A stretch of DNA of 64,000 nucleotides. Source: Candidatus Bathyarchaeota archaeon. Lineage in GTDB: Archaea > Thermoproteota > Bathyarchaeia > 40CM-2-53-6 > RBG-13-38-9. Of the stretch, positions 61,482-64,000 are shown one piece after another. The notes under the pieces were generated by a model that was not told the DNA's origin, did no database searches, and saw only the letters and a list, made by a program, of their open reading frames with translations. The stretch is taken from the NCBI GenBank assembly GCA_963807605.1, contig CAWECG010000003.1, positions 928,001 through 992,000 on the forward strand, written 5' to 3'. How positions within the stretch are numbered: the stretch's first letter is position 1; the number at the start of each line of letters is the position of its first letter. A program made the position numbers and the translations under genes.

Positions 61482-62595
61482 TCAGTTCTTGGAGAATCGA
61501 CGTGTCCGAGAGAGGGGTGTACGTTCTTCTGACCAGCCCAACTCCAATCCTTGATGTGAGAGCCTTACGCTTCCGCACGCTATTTCCGCGACCCCTCTTG
61601 GGGGCACATTCGTGTAGGCTCTTAACATTCTCCTCGTTCGATTAAGATGTTCCAAAATCCCGATTCCGATCAGAAATCCTTCTTCGTCGAGGAAACCCAA
61701 GATCTCTCCGCCCTCACATCTTGCTGTAAGCAGACTCTCTCCCTTGATTTTCTCAAGTGAGAAGTTCCTGTGGATGGCTTTCCTCAAATATCGCATGTAC
61801 CCATATTCGCGGAGGCATTTACGTTCCTCTCGGCTTCTGACTTTTATGAACTTGGGGGCTTGAATCTTCACCACTGGGGCAGATGTCTTCTCGAGTATTT
61901 GTTTCAACTCAGCGCCCTCAGCAAGTCCCAGTACCGAGTCCGGCTTCAGTTTCCTGATCATCATCACTTTGAAGGCCACGGCTTCATCATTTGCTACCCA
62001 ACCGTCAGTGTTGATGACCGTTGGTGTGCCCATGGGGATGCGACTTTCGAGTTTTAGGATTCCATGAATTACTTTGTCAACAACCGAGCTTGGACTCGTC
62101 TCGCCGATGAATATCATCGCATCAACTCTTGAGTCCTCCAACTCGATCAACGGTTTATCGATAATGCTTAGTCCTAGGCTTCCGGGCGGCCCGAGGTCGG
62201 ACTGGCCGATGTCAGCATCTATCACAGCGAATCTTCTTCCCAACCTAAGCTGATGATTGGCAAGGAATGTACAGAAGGTACTCTTGCCAGTATCAGTAGA
62301 ATCCTATCACGACGGCTTTGCCCACCTCCGGCTTCTGGAGCGCCTCAGCAGCCGAATACCATGAGTCAGGGACGGTGGAGCCATCAACCTCCAAGTAACT
62401 AGCCCTCTCGCCGACCTCAGCCTCAAGGATCGAATCGTTTACTATCTCGATAGGCAGTTGGCGTTCACTCTTGATTATCAGTCTTCGTTTCAACCGGAGT
62501 GGAGCGCCGAATATTTCTGCGGAGCCTTTCTCAAGCCTAAGTGAAGCTGGACCTGAGATGAGCAAGGTCTTCCCGCTGAGCAGTACAAACTTCAG
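61482..62595 (-). CDS. Clp1/Grc3-like polynucleotide 5'-kinase, +1 frameshift near 62300
   Basis: Joining ORFs 62293-62565 and 61482-62243 restores Walker A VIG-S-TDTGKST, then DADIGQSDLGPPG and INTDGW; CTG start 62595. Confidence 0.88.
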
Positions 62596-62748
62596 CCGCG
62601 TTCCACTCCAGGCATCATCCGTCTAGAATTGCAGAGGCATTGTAATAACTGCTTGGTCAAGTCCCAATCCAATCAAAACATATAATTGAGTTCCCTCTTC
62701 AACAATTTCTAGTCCGAACGGACAAAGAAGTGCGCAGCTGAAAGACTG

Positions 62749-63447
62749 ATGAAAATGCTCCCAACCCTTACCCCATCTCTCGACCGGCTGCTTGGGGGGG
62801 GCTTCCCAACAGGCTGTCTCAGCTTGGTGTATGGCGAGGCCGAGACAGGTAAGACAACGCTGACCATGCAATGCGCAGTCTCAGCCTCAAGAAGACGTTT
62901 GAAGACGCTCTATGTGGACTCAGATCAGTCTCTTTCACACCATCGGCTCCTGCAAATCATCGGAGCGGACAATGCTGACGCTTGTGAGGACATAATCATA
63001 TTCCTCCCTCAGTCTTTTCTTGAACAGTCACAAATAGTGGAGAGCCTCGAGAACTATATTACAAAAAGAGTTGGGCTGATAGTGATCGATACGGTAACCT
63101 CCCTTTACAGGGCGTCACTTGAAGGCGGGAAGCCCTTTGATCTCAACCGAGAACTGAATAGGCAACTGGCATATCTTGCTGAGCTGGCCGCAAGACATCA
63201 CCTAACCGCGGTGATAACAGGTCAAGTACGATCGACAGTCGATGGGCTGGGATGGAAGATAGAACCCGTTGCACGCCGTACACTCTTCCACTGGCCCAAA
63301 GTCGTCCTGAAGCTCAAGCTAACCGCCAAGAGGAGTATTAAAGAGGCCAGACTTGAGAGGCCACTCTCCGACGATCCCGCTGAGCGACATTGCCTCTTGG
63401 AGATGGTTGAGAAAGGTTTGGTAGACTTTCTATACGAACCAGCCTAG
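62749..63447 (+). CDS. radB: RadB-like RecA-family ATPase
   Basis: SLDRLLGGG, YGEAETGKTT, LIVIDTVTSLYR, no N-terminal HhH domain. Confidence 0.85.
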   Translation: MKMLPTLTPSLDRLLGGGFPTGCLSLVYGEAETGKTTLTMQCAVSASRRRLKTLYVDSDQSLSHHRLLQIIGADNADACEDIIIFLPQSFLEQSQIVESLENYITKRVGLIVIDTVTSLYRASLEGGKPFDLNRELNRQLAYLAELAARHHLTAVITGQVRSTVDGLGWKIEPVARRTLFHWPKVVLKLKLTAKRSIKEARLERPLSDDPAERHCLLEMVEKGLVDFLYEPA

Positions 63448-63464
63448 GACAGGTTGCTTAGCCC

Positions 63465-63962
63465 TTGCTTACAGAGACAGACATTCTCTTCGCGATCTAC
63501 ATAGCAATCCCCATATACATCGCAAACAGCCTCCCCACAATCTTCAAAGGTGGCCCACCAATGGATTTCGGCTGGCGATTCATAGACGGAGAAAGAATCT
63601 TCGGAGTAAACAAAACCTTCAGAGGCTTCGGTTTCGGTCTCCTCTGCGGCTTATTGGCATCATTAACTGAAGGAATCTTCATCGGAAGGGAGATTCTACT
63701 ACTGGGGTTCCTCGCCTCCGTAGGAGCATTGCTAGGCGATCTCTTTGGGGCCTTCATAAAACGTAGGATGAAGCTGAAGCCCGGCGCGCCCTTTCCTGTA
63801 CTTGATCAGCTCGACTTTATCCTCGGGGCTTTACTACTCTCATATCCGCTCCACCGTGCAAGTCTGGGCACGGTGATGATACTTGTGATCTTTACTCCTC
63901 CAATACATTTGCTAGCAAACTTCGTGGCTTATCGTCTCAAGGTCAAGAGGAACTGGTGGTGA
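63465..63962 (+). CDS. carS: CDP-archaeol synthase
   Basis: PIYIANS.P, PMDFG..FIDGERIFG.NKT.RG, GDLFGAFIKRR, DQLDF. Confidence 0.93.
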   Translation: MLTETDILFAIYIAIPIYIANSLPTIFKGGPPMDFGWRFIDGERIFGVNKTFRGFGFGLLCGLLASLTEGIFIGREILLLGFLASVGALLGDLFGAFIKRRMKLKPGAPFPVLDQLDFILGALLLSYPLHRASLGTVMILVIFTPPIHLLANFVAYRLKVKRNWW

Positions 63963-64000
63963 AACTAGCCCGACACTTTACTTTGGAGCAGGATGTTGGA

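Noticed and set aside
1636-63757. Numerous antisense or nested 60-180 aa ORFs in the track (e.g. 7465-8004, 12714-13112, 44141-44614, 59612-60016)
   Set aside because: Shadow frames of well-supported genes, with no motifs of their own

Overview
64 kb of chromosome from a TACK-type archaeon, most plausibly Bathyarchaeia (inference from fused rpoB, fused rpoA'+A'', cdhAB, ftr, AfpA, CarS, RadB and many TTG/CTG starts). Left to right it holds: a sulfur-uptake/assimilation cluster (membrane polyferredoxin, split YeeE/YedE pair, TusA, MetY) next to a coiled-coil JAMM protease; stand-alone cdhAB; queT with a structured pseudoknot-like leader; the RNA polymerase operon (rpoH-B-A-eL30-nusA), separated from rps12 by ftr and a surface-protein gene; a two-intron tRNA-Ser(GCT); carAB, sua5, purC, pgk, apgM; a YHS/CopA copper locus; large secreted surface proteins; stress genes; a repeat-rich non-coding island at 53.4-55.3 kb; an ABC-2 exporter; and aminotransferase, alaDH, clp1, radB and carS. 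Many intergenic spaces are gene relics. The best novelty candidate is a preQ0/preQ1-riboswitch-like pseudoknot that would occlude the Shine-Dalgarno of queT. Others are the D-loop tRNA intron, the iteron/att/inverted-repeat island, and recurrent +1 frameshifts in conserved genes (probably assembly errors). All calls come from motif reading by eye; no searches or folding programs were run.
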